A stretch of 34,053 nt of DNA from an uncultured Bacilli bacterium (GTDB lineage: Bacteria; Bacillota_I; Bacilli_A; RF39; UBA660): assembly GCA_947624695.1 (NCBI GenBank), contig CANQLN010000002.1:1-34053 (forward strand). The letters run 5' to 3'. The notes under the pieces are model-generated. The model made no database searches. It was given only the letters and a program-made list of their open reading frames with translations, and was not told the DNA's origin. The translations under genes and the position numbers were made by a program. This document shows, in pieces, positions 1-9,293 of this stretch (positions within the stretch are counted from its first letter, which is position 1; every line of letters begins with the position of its first letter).

Positions 1-405
1 ACTGATGAGGGTATGGAAATAACTGAAAATGAATGTGCTGATTTATTTTATAGAAATAATGTTAATTTAGCTTATGTTGAATCTAATAATGGTGGTAGAG
101 GATTTGCTAGAAATGTTCAAAGAATATTGAAAGAAAAATATAGAACAAATAGGACGGTCATTAAGCCATTTACTCAAACAGCTAATAAACAGGCTAGAAT
201 ATTATCTAGTTCACATTGGGTTATGGAACATATCTTCTTCCCATTTAATTGGGGTAAGAGATGGGTAGAGTTCTATAAACATATAACTAGGTATCAAAAG
301 AAAGGTAAAAATGCTCACGATGATGGAGCTGATGTATTGGCTGGTATTTATGACAAGACTATAGGTGAGAAACAATCTTCGTTTGGTAGCACTAAACCAG
401 CATAA
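1..405 (+). CDS. terL: terminase large subunit, C-terminal fragment (5' end outside window)
   Basis: Frame is open from base 1; C-terminal ...KGKNAHDDGADVLAGIYD resembles the end of TerL nuclease domains; sits directly upstream of the portal gene. Confidence 0.7.
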   Translation, partial: TDEGMEITENECADLFYRNNVNLAYVESNNGGRGFARNVQRILKEKYRTNRTVIKPFTQTANKQARILSSSHWVMEHIFFPFNWGKRWVEFYKHITRYQKKGKNAHDDGADVLAGIYDKTIGEKQSSFGSTKPA

Positions 406-419
406 AGGAGGGATAAGAA

Positions 420-2009
420 ATGCTACAATATAATAAAGAATATATTATTAAGCCTGAGAATATATATCAAATATTACAGGACGCTAAACCTGAATGGGAT
501 AAAAGAAAAAAGCTTTATCAAATGAAAATAAGGAAAGATAAGCCATCAAGTTTAGTTGCGGAAAATGATAGTAAAACTAAAATAGCTTTTGAATCAGTTA
601 TATCTAATATGGTAAATGGATATATGGGAGGTAAAGCTCCGGTATATTTAGTAGATGAGATACCAACTGAGGAAAAACAAAAAATATTACAAAAGTTATT
701 TAATAAAGTATTTAATAAAAAAGATAATGATAGAAAAGAATATCAATTATTTATTGATTACATAAGGGATTACAATGATGATTCCTTTTTCTTTTACAAA
801 ATTATTCAAGATTATAATGATGTGTCAGCTGGTTATGGATTGTTTTATGAAAACCAAAATAATGAGATAGTATATGCTAATACTGATCCTTTACAATCAA
901 TAGCTATATATGATTTTTCTACACCCGTTCAAAAGATAGGTTTTTTAAGACATTGGGTAGAAACTAACGCCGATGGAGAAAAGTTTGATGTAGTAGTATT
1001 AGCAACTGATGAATATAAATACTATTTTAGAAATAGTAAGCTAGAAGATACTAATTTTAAAGAAGATGAAGAATCAAGAGAAGAAGTTAATTGGGGCTGT
1101 GTTCCATGTATAGCTATAGAGAATCCTGATGGATTATCTTGTTTTGAATTATCTAAATCTTTAATTAGTTCTTATGAAAGAGTTATGAAGAACTCTAAAA
1201 ACACTTTCCAATATAATGATGACGCTAAGTTAATGGTTACAGGATATGAGCCAAAAGAAGATTTAGTAGTAGAAAAAAGAGATAAAGACGATCAAATAGT
1301 ATATGATGAAACCGGAGAAATAGTATGGATTGTCAATAAGAAAAGACAGGAAGAGGACGCTAGAGTATTAGAAGCTCCTGTATTTTATGCCGGTGAGAGT
1401 GGAAAAATAGAATGGGTTGAAAAAAATATCAATGATGGAGCTTTAGAAAATTATAAGAAAACTCTTATTGATTTAATATTTATGGTAAGTAATTGTCCTA
1501 ATGTTAATGATTTAGGATTTACTAATGCCGATAATAGCTCAGCCCTAGAAAAGAAATTCTTTCCACTAGAACAATCAGTAACATATTTAGATAAAGCTAT
1601 AAGAAAAGAACTATTAGCTATGTGGGAAGCATTTACTAATAGAATAAATCTTAAAAAAGGTACTAATTATGATTTTAGAAATCTAAAAATTAAGCTTCAA
1701 AGAAATATGCCTACTGATAAAAAAGCTGAAACTGATAGAGCTTTATCATTAAGAGGATTGTTATGTGATGAATCAGTTATAAATCTATTGCCTGATGAGT
1801 TAGACGCTTCTAGTGAAATTGAGAAGATGAAAACTCAAAGTGAAGAAAACCTAGAAGCAAATATGGAAAAGATACAATCTTTTGGAAAAGATGGTGCTGA
1901 CGCTCAGGCTATAGAGAATAATAAAGAAGATCAGGACGCAAATAATCAAGAAAATGCGTCTAATGATAAACAAGACGCAAGCGTGAGTAAAGATAAAGAA
2001 GTAAAGTAG
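420..2009 (+). CDS. portal protein (SPP1 gp6-like size class)
   Basis: 529 aa; strong RBS (aaggaggg); immediately follows terL and precedes the Mu-F-like gene; acidic low-complexity C-terminus. Confidence 0.75.
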   Translation: MLQYNKEYIIKPENIYQILQDAKPEWDKRKKLYQMKIRKDKPSSLVAENDSKTKIAFESVISNMVNGYMGGKAPVYLVDEIPTEEKQKILQKLFNKVFNKKDNDRKEYQLFIDYIRDYNDDSFFFYKIIQDYNDVSAGYGLFYENQNNEIVYANTDPLQSIAIYDFSTPVQKIGFLRHWVETNADGEKFDVVVLATDEYKYYFRNSKLEDTNFKEDEESREEVNWGCVPCIAIENPDGLSCFELSKSLISSYERVMKNSKNTFQYNDDAKLMVTGYEPKEDLVVEKRDKDDQIVYDETGEIVWIVNKKRQEEDARVLEAPVFYAGESGKIEWVEKNINDGALENYKKTLIDLIFMVSNCPNVNDLGFTNADNSSALEKKFFPLEQSVTYLDKAIRKELLAMWEAFTNRINLKKGTNYDFRNLKIKLQRNMPTDKKAETDRALSLRGLLCDESVINLLPDELDASSEIEKMKTQSEENLEANMEKIQSFGKDGADAQAIENNKEDQDANNQENASNDKQDASVSKDKEVK

Positions 2010-2018
2010 GTGTTGTGA

Positions 2019-3452
2019 ATGGATAATAACACAATACTTACTAATCGTTGGAAATATACTGATGATAAACTTAAAGAATATTTAAAAGTATATAAACGAG
2101 TAAATGCTAGAACTCAGGACAGCGTACAAGATATATTTAATAGCATTGATTTTAGTTATGTAGATTTAACTAAACCTATTACTACAGCTCAAAGAAAGAA
2201 ACTATTAAGGGTTATTGATGAATGGAAAGAAAATGGCTTATTAAATGGTTATTTTAAATATAGAGTTGATGAATTGGTAAAAAAAAGATATATAACTAAT
2301 GAGGATATGTTAGATATATTATTGTGGGGAGCTTATGTTAAAGAGAGAAGCCAATTAGATGAATATGAGCAAGTTTTATTTACTGAAATAGGACAGGACT
2401 TATATAATCAGGGTGTAAAAGAAATAAAGCCAAAGAAAAAGAAAACATGGTCGTTGACATGGACTTATATTTGGTCGTTATTATGCCTACCTAATGCTAA
2501 AGGTAGTAAATGGATTGAATATATAGAGGCTTTAGCTTTAACTAATGCTCAGGAAATACAAAGACAGGCTAAAATAAACTTACAACAAAATAAAAAGCTG
2601 AATATTGATGATCCTATATTTCAAAACATACTAAAAAGACAGCAAAATAAATATTTAAGTATCAATGATAATAAATATAGTGGAGCGTTGGATAGTGAAG
2701 TAGTTGATATAGGAAATACCGCATTATTTAAAGCTGGTGAAGATTATGATGTTGATAGAGTTAGATTTATAGCTGAGATGGATAGTAGAACTACTAAAAT
2801 GTGTGAATCATTAAATAATCAAATATTTAGTGTATCAGGTAGGAATAAGTTTAAAAGATATAGTGCTGAATATGAGGCTATGGTTGACTATGACATATAC
2901 GGATTAGTTAAAGGAATAAACCTACCTCCTATTGATGATAATTTCCACTATTGTAGATCTACGATAACCTATCAATGGGAGGATAGACAAATGCCTGATA
3001 GGTTAGAACATAAACAACTAAGAAAAACTTTAAATTCAAGAATACCTAAGAACTTTGAAGAATATGAAAAAATGAAGTATAATAATAGTGGCTGGTATGA
3101 ATCTACATTAAGAGAAAAGGTCACTATAAACACTATTAAAACTAATAAGGATTATAGTAATAAATATAAGCAAAAACTAATTAAGACTTATTATGATTTT
3201 AGAAAAAGAGATGTAGAAATGACATCTCACGCTTTAAATAGATTTTTAGGTCAAAAAGAAAGAAAAGTTAGTTTTAGTGAAAAAGATGTTATTGATGTTA
3301 TGAATAGAAAAGCTAATTATTATGAAGATGGTACAATGAAAGATATTAAATATTATAATAAGCTAGCTGTTATTCAAGATAGAAGTAATAAGGAAGTAAT
3401 ATCAATAGTAAGAAGAAACCTAGAAAAGGAGGATTGGAAGAAATATGAATGA
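2019..3452 (+). CDS. minor head / head morphogenesis protein (Mu gpF / SPP1 gp7-like)
   Basis: 477 aa after the portal gene; RFIAEMDSRTTKMCESLNNQIF matches the conserved D.RT...C..L.G core of Phage_Mu_F domains as I recall it. Confidence 0.7.
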   Translation: MDNNTILTNRWKYTDDKLKEYLKVYKRVNARTQDSVQDIFNSIDFSYVDLTKPITTAQRKKLLRVIDEWKENGLLNGYFKYRVDELVKKRYITNEDMLDILLWGAYVKERSQLDEYEQVLFTEIGQDLYNQGVKEIKPKKKKTWSLTWTYIWSLLCLPNAKGSKWIEYIEALALTNAQEIQRQAKINLQQNKKLNIDDPIFQNILKRQQNKYLSINDNKYSGALDSEVVDIGNTALFKAGEDYDVDRVRFIAEMDSRTTKMCESLNNQIFSVSGRNKFKRYSAEYEAMVDYDIYGLVKGINLPPIDDNFHYCRSTITYQWEDRQMPDRLEHKQLRKTLNSRIPKNFEEYEKMKYNNSGWYESTLREKVTINTIKTNKDYSNKYKQKLIKTYYDFRKRDVEMTSHALNRFLGQKERKVSFSEKDVIDVMNRKANYYEDGTMKDIKYYNKLAVIQDRSNKEVISIVRRNLEKEDWKKYE

Positions 3453-3705
3453 AGAGTTAAATGATATGATAGAATCATTTATCAATGGAGAATATGAAGC
3501 CGATAAGTTTTGCTATGACTTTAGTGATAAATATTCACAAGTTGAAATAAATGATTTAGAAAAAAGATATATCTATGTTTATGATGATATAAATGAAGCT
3601 TGTTCTTTATATGATGATTCCAATACTCACGATAAAAGATTATTGAATGAATCTCAATTTAGAGAAAAAGTTAAAAATTATTATAAGAAGTTAAGCACTA
3701 ATTAA
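3445..3705 (+). CDS. hypothetical small acidic protein
   Basis: 86 aa; ATGA-type overlap with the upstream gene; followed by a terminator. Confidence 0.5.
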   Translation: MNEELNDMIESFINGEYEADKFCYDFSDKYSQVEINDLEKRYIYVYDDINEACSLYDDSNTHDKRLLNESQFREKVKNYYKKLSTN

Positions 3706-3718
3706 GTGCTTTTTTCTT
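3693..3718 (+). terminator. rho-independent terminator
   Basis: Perfect 7-bp stem aagcact/agtgctt with loop aatta, then a T-run; the stop codon of the upstream ORF lies in the loop. Confidence 0.6.
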
Positions 3719-3814
3719 TGGAAAGACTACTAATAAGGTGAAAGCTTTATTGATGGTTCGCTACCGGAGTAGTTGTGCGTGTAATGGGTTTTAGGCACGG
3801 GTATTTTGATTATT

Positions 3815-3844
3815 AAAGGGAATGATAGCTACATTCCTTTTTTT
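3815..3844 (+). terminator. rho-independent terminator
   Basis: aaagggaatg-atagcta-cattccttt stem-loop (one G-U pair) followed by a T-run of seven. Confidence 0.6.
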
Positions 3845-3947
3845 AATGCCTTTTTCTATTGTAGGCTGAATAAATAGGGTTTGTGAAATTTATGTAATGA
3901 GCTGGGGACTTTTAAAGTAAATGGCTTGGGACAAAGGAGGAATAAGA

Positions 3948-4505
3948 ATGGACGCAAACAATAATAATGCTGGAGCTGTTGAAAATAACAATCAACAAAA
4001 CCAAAACACGGGTGCTGATGTTCAAGTACCTAAAACTTTTGACGAAATGTTGAAAGAATCTAATTATCAAAGTGAATTTGATAAGAAAGTCCAAAAGTCT
4101 TTAGATACAGCTAGGGCTAAATGGGAAGCTGAACAAGAAGCTAAACAAAGTGAGGCTGATAAATTATCTAAGATGAAAGAGGACGAAAGAAAGAATTATG
4201 AGTTAGATAAAGCTCGTAAGGAAAAGGAAGAAGCGGAAGCTAAATTAAATGCTTACGAATTGAAAGAAGAAGCTATTAAGATGGCTAATGCTCCTGAAAC
4301 TAAGGTAGATGTTTCTTTATTGAATCTTATTGACTTTAGAAACATTAAAGCCGAACAAGTAGAGCCTACTATTAAAAATATTAAAAAGGTTTTTGATGAG
4401 ACTGTAGAAAAAGAAGTTAATAAGAGATTAAAAGAAACAACTCCTAAATCCGTTATTAATCAAAATAACGGAGGATCTAAAAAAAGTATCCCAAATGTAT
4501 TTTAA
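3948..4505 (+). CDS. scaffolding protein
   Basis: Start moved to ATG 3948, behind aaaggagga; about 185 aa, E/K-rich coiled-coil, directly upstream of the capsid gene. Confidence 0.6.
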   Translation: MDANNNNAGAVENNNQQNQNTGADVQVPKTFDEMLKESNYQSEFDKKVQKSLDTARAKWEAEQEAKQSEADKLSKMKEDERKNYELDKARKEKEEAEAKLNAYELKEEAIKMANAPETKVDVSLLNLIDFRNIKAEQVEPTIKNIKKVFDETVEKEVNKRLKETTPKSVINQNNGGSKKSIPNVF

Positions 4506-4531
4506 AAAATTTAGAAAAGGAGTGATTTTTA

Positions 4532-5380
4532 ATGGATACAAATAGATTAGACGCTTTAAGTATTGAATTATTATCTACTGAAAGCAAAGATAAGTTAGCC
4601 GAAGAATACGGAAAGGTAATTGAAAACATTTCCACTCAAACTGTTGCCGGATTATATTCTAATAAGGATTTAAGCGGTGATCCAGCTAGTGGTAGTGTTG
4701 AAGCAAAGAGATTTGCTAATGTAAAAGGTCAAAAATATGGTACAGCAAGAGGTAAAGGAGAAGCTCCTCATGTAGAAGCAAAACCTGTTGTAGTTCCTGT
4801 TGATGACGATTTAGAATATTTAGAGGAAGTAGAAGAAAAAGATTTAAGAATGTATGGTGTTAGCGGTTTAATCGAAAGAAGAACAGCTAATCATCAAATG
4901 GTTATTGGTATTGATAGTGATGTTAAATTCTTTGACGCTATGGCTAAAGAGGGAACTGAATTTAGTACCGAAGAAACAGCTATCAATAAAATTGTAAGTA
5001 GTGCTATTGCAACTTTACAGGGTACAAAGAATGACTTTGTAAATGGTGTTCCACTACCTTTAATCAAAGTAGCATTTAGTACAACTTACTATAATAATTT
5101 TAGAGATTATCTTGATGAAGCTACAAACTCTAATATTGATACTTCTATTGGTGAAGCTGGTAAGTTCCACGGAGTTGATGTATTTAGTACAGTAAATATG
5201 CCTAAAGATGTTGATTTCATCGTATTTATTGATGGTGCTGTAGCTCAACCTAAACACCCAAGTATCTATAATCCAACTCAAATAGGTTTATCTAAAGCTA
5301 TCGGTTTTGGTATGTTTATTGATATGGGTACTAAGGTTGTTACTCCTGACTTAATTTTAGTTAAAAAAAAAGCGGAGTAA
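4532..5380 (+). CDS. major capsid protein
   Basis: 282 aa; strong RBS; sits between the scaffold and head-tail connector genes. Confidence 0.7.
   Translation: MDTNRLDALSIELLSTESKDKLAEEYGKVIENISTQTVAGLYSNKDLSGDPASGSVEAKRFANVKGQKYGTARGKGEAPHVEAKPVVVPVDDDLEYLEEVEEKDLRMYGVSGLIERRTANHQMVIGIDSDVKFFDAMAKEGTEFSTEETAINKIVSSAIATLQGTKNDFVNGVPLPLIKVAFSTTYYNNFRDYLDEATNSNIDTSIGEAGKFHGVDVFSTVNMPKDVDFIVFIDGAVAQPKHPSIYNPTQIGLSKAIGFGMFIDMGTKVVTPDLILVKKKAE
5363..5371 (+). promoter_or_regulatory. candidate -1 programmed frameshift site (A9 run) at the 3' end of the capsid gene
   Basis: gtt aaa aaa aaa gcg in the zero frame. The -1 frame has a stop at 5362-5364, then stays open from 5365 to 5754. Confidence 0.4.
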
Positions 5381-5406
5381 TCCCTGAAAAATCGGTAACA
5401 ATTAGC

Positions 5407-5754
5407 TTGCCAACCGGTGATGTTTACGGAATGAATGTAACTGACTTACAAGATAATATCCAAGTAAAAGGAGATAAAGTATCAGGTACTTCTAAATATG
5501 TAAAGAACTTTGATAAGTTTGAAAAAGGAGCGGAGGGAAACTTCTTAGCTATTGAAGTTGATGAAGCTAAAAATGGTGATGAAGTTACTTTTGAATTATC
5601 CGATCCTGAAAGTAAAGGGACAGGTACTTTAAATTCAAATGATTATTTACTTGTTTGTAAGATACATTCTAATACGCAAACTATCACATTAAAAAATGGT
5701 AACACAACAAAAGTGTTAGATTTAACAGGCTTGACTTTAAGTCCAGCCGATTAA
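5407..5754 (+). CDS. Ig-like/decoration-type domain, probably expressed as a -1 frameshift C-terminal extension of the capsid protein (frame open from 5365)
   Basis: Only a TTG start is available and no SD precedes it, unlike neighbouring genes; beta-rich sequence (VTDLQDNIQVKGDKVSGTSKYV...GNFLAIEV...) of the kind found in frameshift-appended phage structural domains. Confidence 0.45.
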   Translation: MPTGDVYGMNVTDLQDNIQVKGDKVSGTSKYVKNFDKFEKGAEGNFLAIEVDEAKNGDEVTFELSDPESKGTGTLNSNDYLLVCKIHSNTQTITLKNGNTTKVLDLTGLTLSPAD

Positions 5755-5773
5755 AAGAATTAGGAGGATATTT

Positions 5774-6019
5774 ATGAAAAGTTTTAGAAATAAAGATACA
5801 GGAGTTATTTTAACTCCTCAAAATAAGTGGGTAGAAGAACAATTAGAAGCTAATAGTGAATATGTTGAAGTAGGAGCTAAAGCTTCTAATAAATCTACTG
5901 AAAAAGCTATTAAAGACTATAATAAAAAGGAATTAGTAGCTTATCTAAAAACTTTAGGAATTGACGCTAATGAAGATATGAAAAAAGATGATTTATTAGC
6001 ACTTATTCCTGAGGAATAA
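5774..6019 (+). CDS. hypothetical head-module protein with a HeH/Rho-N-like C-terminal motif
   Basis: 81 aa; RBS taggagga; C-terminal KKELVAYLKTLGIDANEDMKKDDLLALI resembles SAP/HeH helix-extension-helix motifs. Confidence 0.45.
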   Translation: MKSFRNKDTGVILTPQNKWVEEQLEANSEYVEVGAKASNKSTEKAIKDYNKKELVAYLKTLGIDANEDMKKDDLLALIPEE

Positions 6020-6045
6020 AAATAAGAGAATTGGAGGGCGGTAGA

Positions 6046-6357
6046 ATGGAAAATGAAATGAAAACTAAAATGTTTGATAGATTAAAAAAAGACATTGATG
6101 TTAATTTCAAAGTTGGGGACGATAGTGTATTGTCTGATTTTATTGATGATTATATTTCTATTGCCTCCCATAATTCTAATCGTAAAGAAAACGATAATAA
6201 ATTATATCCGTATGTTTATGAAGCTGTAAAAGAAGCTTATTTAAGACGAGGCGATGAGGGTAGTTCTAGTTCTACTGAGGGAAGCCTATCTACTTCTTAT
6301 GTTGACATAGTTGAAAAACTAAAAAAAGATGTAAGAACTATTAGGGTGATTCGATGA
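6046..6357 (+). CDS. head-tail connector protein (gp6-like), tentative
   Basis: Start moved to ATG 6046, behind ggaggg; about 100 aa; position after the capsid module. Confidence 0.4.
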   Translation: MENEMKTKMFDRLKKDIDVNFKVGDDSVLSDFIDDYISIASHNSNRKENDNKLYPYVYEAVKEAYLRRGDEGSSSSTEGSLSTSYVDIVEKLKKDVRTIRVIR

Positions 6358-6704
6358 GAATTAAGAATCTAAAACCCTTATATGTATATAAGCCTGATAA
6401 AGTGCTAAAAAGTGGAGAATACGAAACAAGTTGGTACTTTAAGGGTATTGAATGGTTGAATCCACAGCAAGATTTAGATGAATTAGATCGAAATAGTGCT
6501 GGTGATGTTGACTATGAAATAATAAAACTTCGTACTGATAAAGTTTTGAATATCAATAAAGGTGATGGTATTTCTTTTGAGGAACTTACTATAGATGAAG
6601 AATCTAAAAAAGTGACTAATGGAAAGCCAAGTTATTTAGTAGAAAACAAACCGACAATAGGTAAAACTACTTTATATACTTTAATAACCAACAATGGGGA
6701 GTAA
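6354..6704 (+). CDS. head closure / head-tail adaptor protein, tentative
   Basis: 116 aa; ATGA overlap with the upstream gene; synteny. Confidence 0.4.
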   Translation: MRIKNLKPLYVYKPDKVLKSGEYETSWYFKGIEWLNPQQDLDELDRNSAGDVDYEIIKLRTDKVLNINKGDGISFEELTIDEESKKVTNGKPSYLVENKPTIGKTTLYTLITNNGE

Positions 6705-6706
6705 TA

Positions 6707-7240
6707 ATGTTTAAAGTTGAATGGGAAAAACAAAGTTTAGACAGCTTTTATAAAAAGATGGAAAAACTAATTAAAGGACTACCTGAAAATACTAAATTAG
6801 GTGTAGAGGACGCTTTAGGTAATACCCAAGAAAAAGCTTTAGACAATAAGCGTGGAAAAAGAGATAAAAAAATGATTCCTATAGAAGTTGTTGACTTTAG
6901 TAAGAATCAAGTTGTCGGTAGAGTTTACACGGATAAAGACTTATTTAGCTATGCTCCATTTTTGGAATTTGGTACAGGTACTAAAGCTGAATTATCTCAT
7001 ATAGGTAAAACAAAAACATTTATAGCTAGTGGTTATAGATATTGGTTTTTGCCTGTAGATAAAGTAGATAGAGCTTTTAGTCCTGAAAGAATAATAAACA
7101 TAGGTGGAGAATTATTCTATATTATGTTTGCTACTCAGCCATATCCATTTATGCGTCCGGCGTCTTTTTCTTCTAGGGAAGAGAACGCTAATTTAGTTGA
7201 TGAGAGAATAGGTAAATTTCTAACGGAGGTATTAAAGTGA
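6707..7240 (+). CDS. HK97 gp10-family tail-completion/neck protein
   Basis: 177 aa; YAPFLEFGTGTK matches the y.e.GT signature of the HK97 gp10-like family; synteny. Confidence 0.55.
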   Translation: MFKVEWEKQSLDSFYKKMEKLIKGLPENTKLGVEDALGNTQEKALDNKRGKRDKKMIPIEVVDFSKNQVVGRVYTDKDLFSYAPFLEFGTGTKAELSHIGKTKTFIASGYRYWFLPVDKVDRAFSPERIINIGGELFYIMFATQPYPFMRPASFSSREENANLVDERIGKFLTEVLK

Positions 7241-7629
7241 AATTGCATGAATTAAGTGTTAAAGAGTTTTATGATTTAGTTATTTCTATACTAGAAACAA
7301 TTATAAAAGAAGTTGTAGGAGAAAACCCTGACGCTAATGGCGTGTTTCCGTGTTTAGTAGTACAAGCTCCTATGAGATATGACGAAAAAACAGGAGAAAT
7401 AGAGCCAATATTATCTAGGTTTTCAATTACTATTGAAGCTTGGACTAAAAAGAAATCCAATAGTATTGCTTTAATTGATAAAGTTGATAGTAAATTAAGA
7501 GGATATAATTTTACAAGATTAGGAACACCTATAGACCTTTATGACGAGATAACAAAAAGTCATCGTTACGGAGGAAGCTACGAGGTGTTTTATAATGCTA
7601 TAACAAATAGCTTAGAGAAAGTCAAATAA
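7237..7629 (+). CDS. tail terminator-like protein, tentative
   Basis: 130 aa; GTG start overlapping the upstream stop; lies immediately before the tail tube gene. Confidence 0.3.
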   Translation: MKLHELSVKEFYDLVISILETIIKEVVGENPDANGVFPCLVVQAPMRYDEKTGEIEPILSRFSITIEAWTKKKSNSIALIDKVDSKLRGYNFTRLGTPIDLYDEITKSHRYGGSYEVFYNAITNSLEKVK

Positions 7630-7650
7630 TCAAAAAAGGAGGGATTTATT

Positions 7651-8115
7651 ATGGCAACACCTAAAACAGGTACTCTAACTAAAATTTATATAAGTGATAA
7701 GGAATATCCTACCGAAGAAGAGTTAACTTTGGTTATGTACACGGAGGAAATTCCATCTCCCGAAGATCCAGCGGAAGCTGTAACATATCAAACTACTGAT
7801 ATGGACGGAGAGGAACAAAGTAAAGGTAGTAAGAAAGCTACTACTCCAGCAATTCCTGTTCTTTATAAATCCGATCAACATGACGATTTAAAGAAAAAAG
7901 CTGATAGTAATGATAGTTATTGGTTTTTTATCCGCTATCCTGAATCAACTTGTGATGAAACTAACGCCGGAAAGCCATTAGTTAAATCATTCTCAGCTCA
8001 AATGGATTTAACAGGTGATACTATCACAGCTGGAGATATTATTAAAGATACTTTAACACTTTATAGAAATTCTAGTGTTAAAGAAACTCACGGACTACCT
8101 ACTAATCCAGAATAG
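7651..8115 (+). CDS. major tail (tube) protein
   Basis: 154 aa; strong RBS aaggaggg; lies immediately upstream of the chaperone and tape measure genes; no sheath gene present. Confidence 0.5.
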   Translation: MATPKTGTLTKIYISDKEYPTEEELTLVMYTEEIPSPEDPAEAVTYQTTDMDGEEQSKGSKKATTPAIPVLYKSDQHDDLKKKADSNDSYWFFIRYPESTCDETNAGKPLVKSFSAQMDLTGDTITAGDIIKDTLTLYRNSSVKETHGLPTNPE

Positions 8116-8127
8116 GAGGGAAAAATA

Positions 8128-8295
8128 ATGGTTAAATTTAGAGAAGTTAAAACCGGTCGTGTTTGGTATATCCATAATCCGGAACATATCAAACACTTCC
8201 GTCATAATCCTAGATTTAAAGAAATTGTTGAAAAAACGAAGAAAGAAAGTAAGCCTAAAGCTACTGAAAATGTAGAACAAGAGGCTACTGAATAA
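8128..8295 (+). CDS. small hypothetical protein (55 aa, below the ORF-track cutoff)
   Basis: ATG 8128 behind ataggaggg; MVKFREVKTGRVWYIHNPEHI...; the N-terminus loosely resembles that of ORF 5774. Confidence 0.4.
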   Translation: MVKFREVKTGRVWYIHNPEHIKHFRHNPRFKEIVEKTKKESKPKATENVEQEATE

Positions 8296-8320
8296 GAAAA
8301 GGAAAGAGGTTTTATTTAAA

Positions 8321-8773
8321 ATGATTTTAATAGTTAATGGTAAAGAATATTCTTTTACAGCTACAATGAAAAAGATTGTAGCAATAAATAAGAAAAATAA
8401 AGTAAAGAATTTAAGGGACGCTTTTTTTAGAGCGTTAAATAATGTAGATTTTGAGTTTTTAGCTGATATTCTATTAAATTTAGCTGATGATGGTGAAACT
8501 AAAAAAGAACTTAACGGAGATCCTAATAAAGTTTATGATTTAGTTGAATCTTGGGTTAAAGAAAACGATAAAGATTATCAAGCTGTCTATAGCTTAATTG
8601 CTGAGGAGATAAACGATAAATCTTTTTTCGGGAAGAAGATGTCGAAAGAGGAACTAGAAAAGGAAACGAACAATCCATTAGCCGGATTCGACATCAACGA
8701 AGTCTTGAACAGGACAGCGGACAAAGTAATAGGAGAAGCGGTAGCCGAAGAGTTCAAAGGTTACAAAGGCTAG
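8321..8773 (+). CDS. tail assembly chaperone (gpG-like)
   Basis: 150 aa between the tail tube and tape measure genes; contains the slippery heptamer that leads into the -1 frame. Confidence 0.6.
   Translation: MILIVNGKEYSFTATMKKIVAINKKNKVKNLRDAFFRALNNVDFEFLADILLNLADDGETKKELNGDPNKVYDLVESWVKENDKDYQAVYSLIAEEINDKSFFGKKMSKEELEKETNNPLAGFDINEVLNRTADKVIGEAVAEEFKGYKG
8623..8629 (+). promoter_or_regulatory. -1 programmed frameshift heptamer T_TTT_TTC (G/GT)
   Basis: Zero-frame codons are tct ttt ttc ggg. The -1 frame has a stop at 8617-8619, then stays open from 8620 to 9144. Confidence 0.6.
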
Positions 8774-9144
8774 ACTATATTGATTTAATCTATGAATTAG
8801 AGCCTTTAGCTTATCGTTTTGGAATGAAGCCTCTCGAGTTTTGGGATTCTACCTATAGAGAGGCTAAACTCTATGTAGAATCTCGTTCTCTCCAATACGA
8901 GTTTGAATTGAAACAATATATTAAATTAGCTGAAAACTTGGGTAATAAACTTATTGGATCAGGTATGACAGCTAAGAATCCAAAGAATGTTAATTTAATT
9001 AAGGAAGTATATCCTAAATTATTTGAAGAGGAATTGGAAAAAGAAAGTATATACAATAGAAAAGCTAGTGAGGGAGAAGAATTAGTAAACTTAATGCTAG
9101 AGTTAAGTGAAGAGTTGAAACAAGAAACGAAGAAAAAGGAATAA
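8629..9144 (+). CDS. gpT-like -1 frame extension of the tail assembly chaperone (GT fusion with 8321..8629)
   Basis: The -1 ORF runs continuously from the slip site to 9144; the internal ATG at 8824 has no convincing RBS. Confidence 0.55.
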   Translation, partial: REEDVERGTRKGNEQSISRIRHQRSLEQDSGQSNRRSGSRRVQRLQRLDYIDLIYELEPLAYRFGMKPLEFWDSTYREAKLYVESRSLQYEFELKQYIKLAENLGNKLIGSGMTAKNPKNVNLIKEVYPKLFEEELEKESIYNRKASEGEELVNLMLELSEELKQETKKKE

Positions 9145-9293
9145 TAAGGAATCACTTAAAGAAATGGTGGTGAGGACTTATTACAATAGAAGAATTAGAA
9201 ATAGTCATTAAAGCTAATATTACTGACGCTCTATCCGGTATTAAAAAGATAACTGAGGAAGTAAAAAGTGCTGTAAGTAAAAGTGTTGAGCCA

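Noticed and set aside
3718-3947. 230-nt untranslated gap between the morphogenesis and scaffold genes with a relatively GC-richer segment bounded by two terminators, considered as an sRNA
   Set aside because: I could find neither a convincing promoter nor a stable conserved-looking fold. It is more simply an operon boundary (terminators plus a downstream promoter region). Only the shared TTGTGAAAT motif is carried into the findings.
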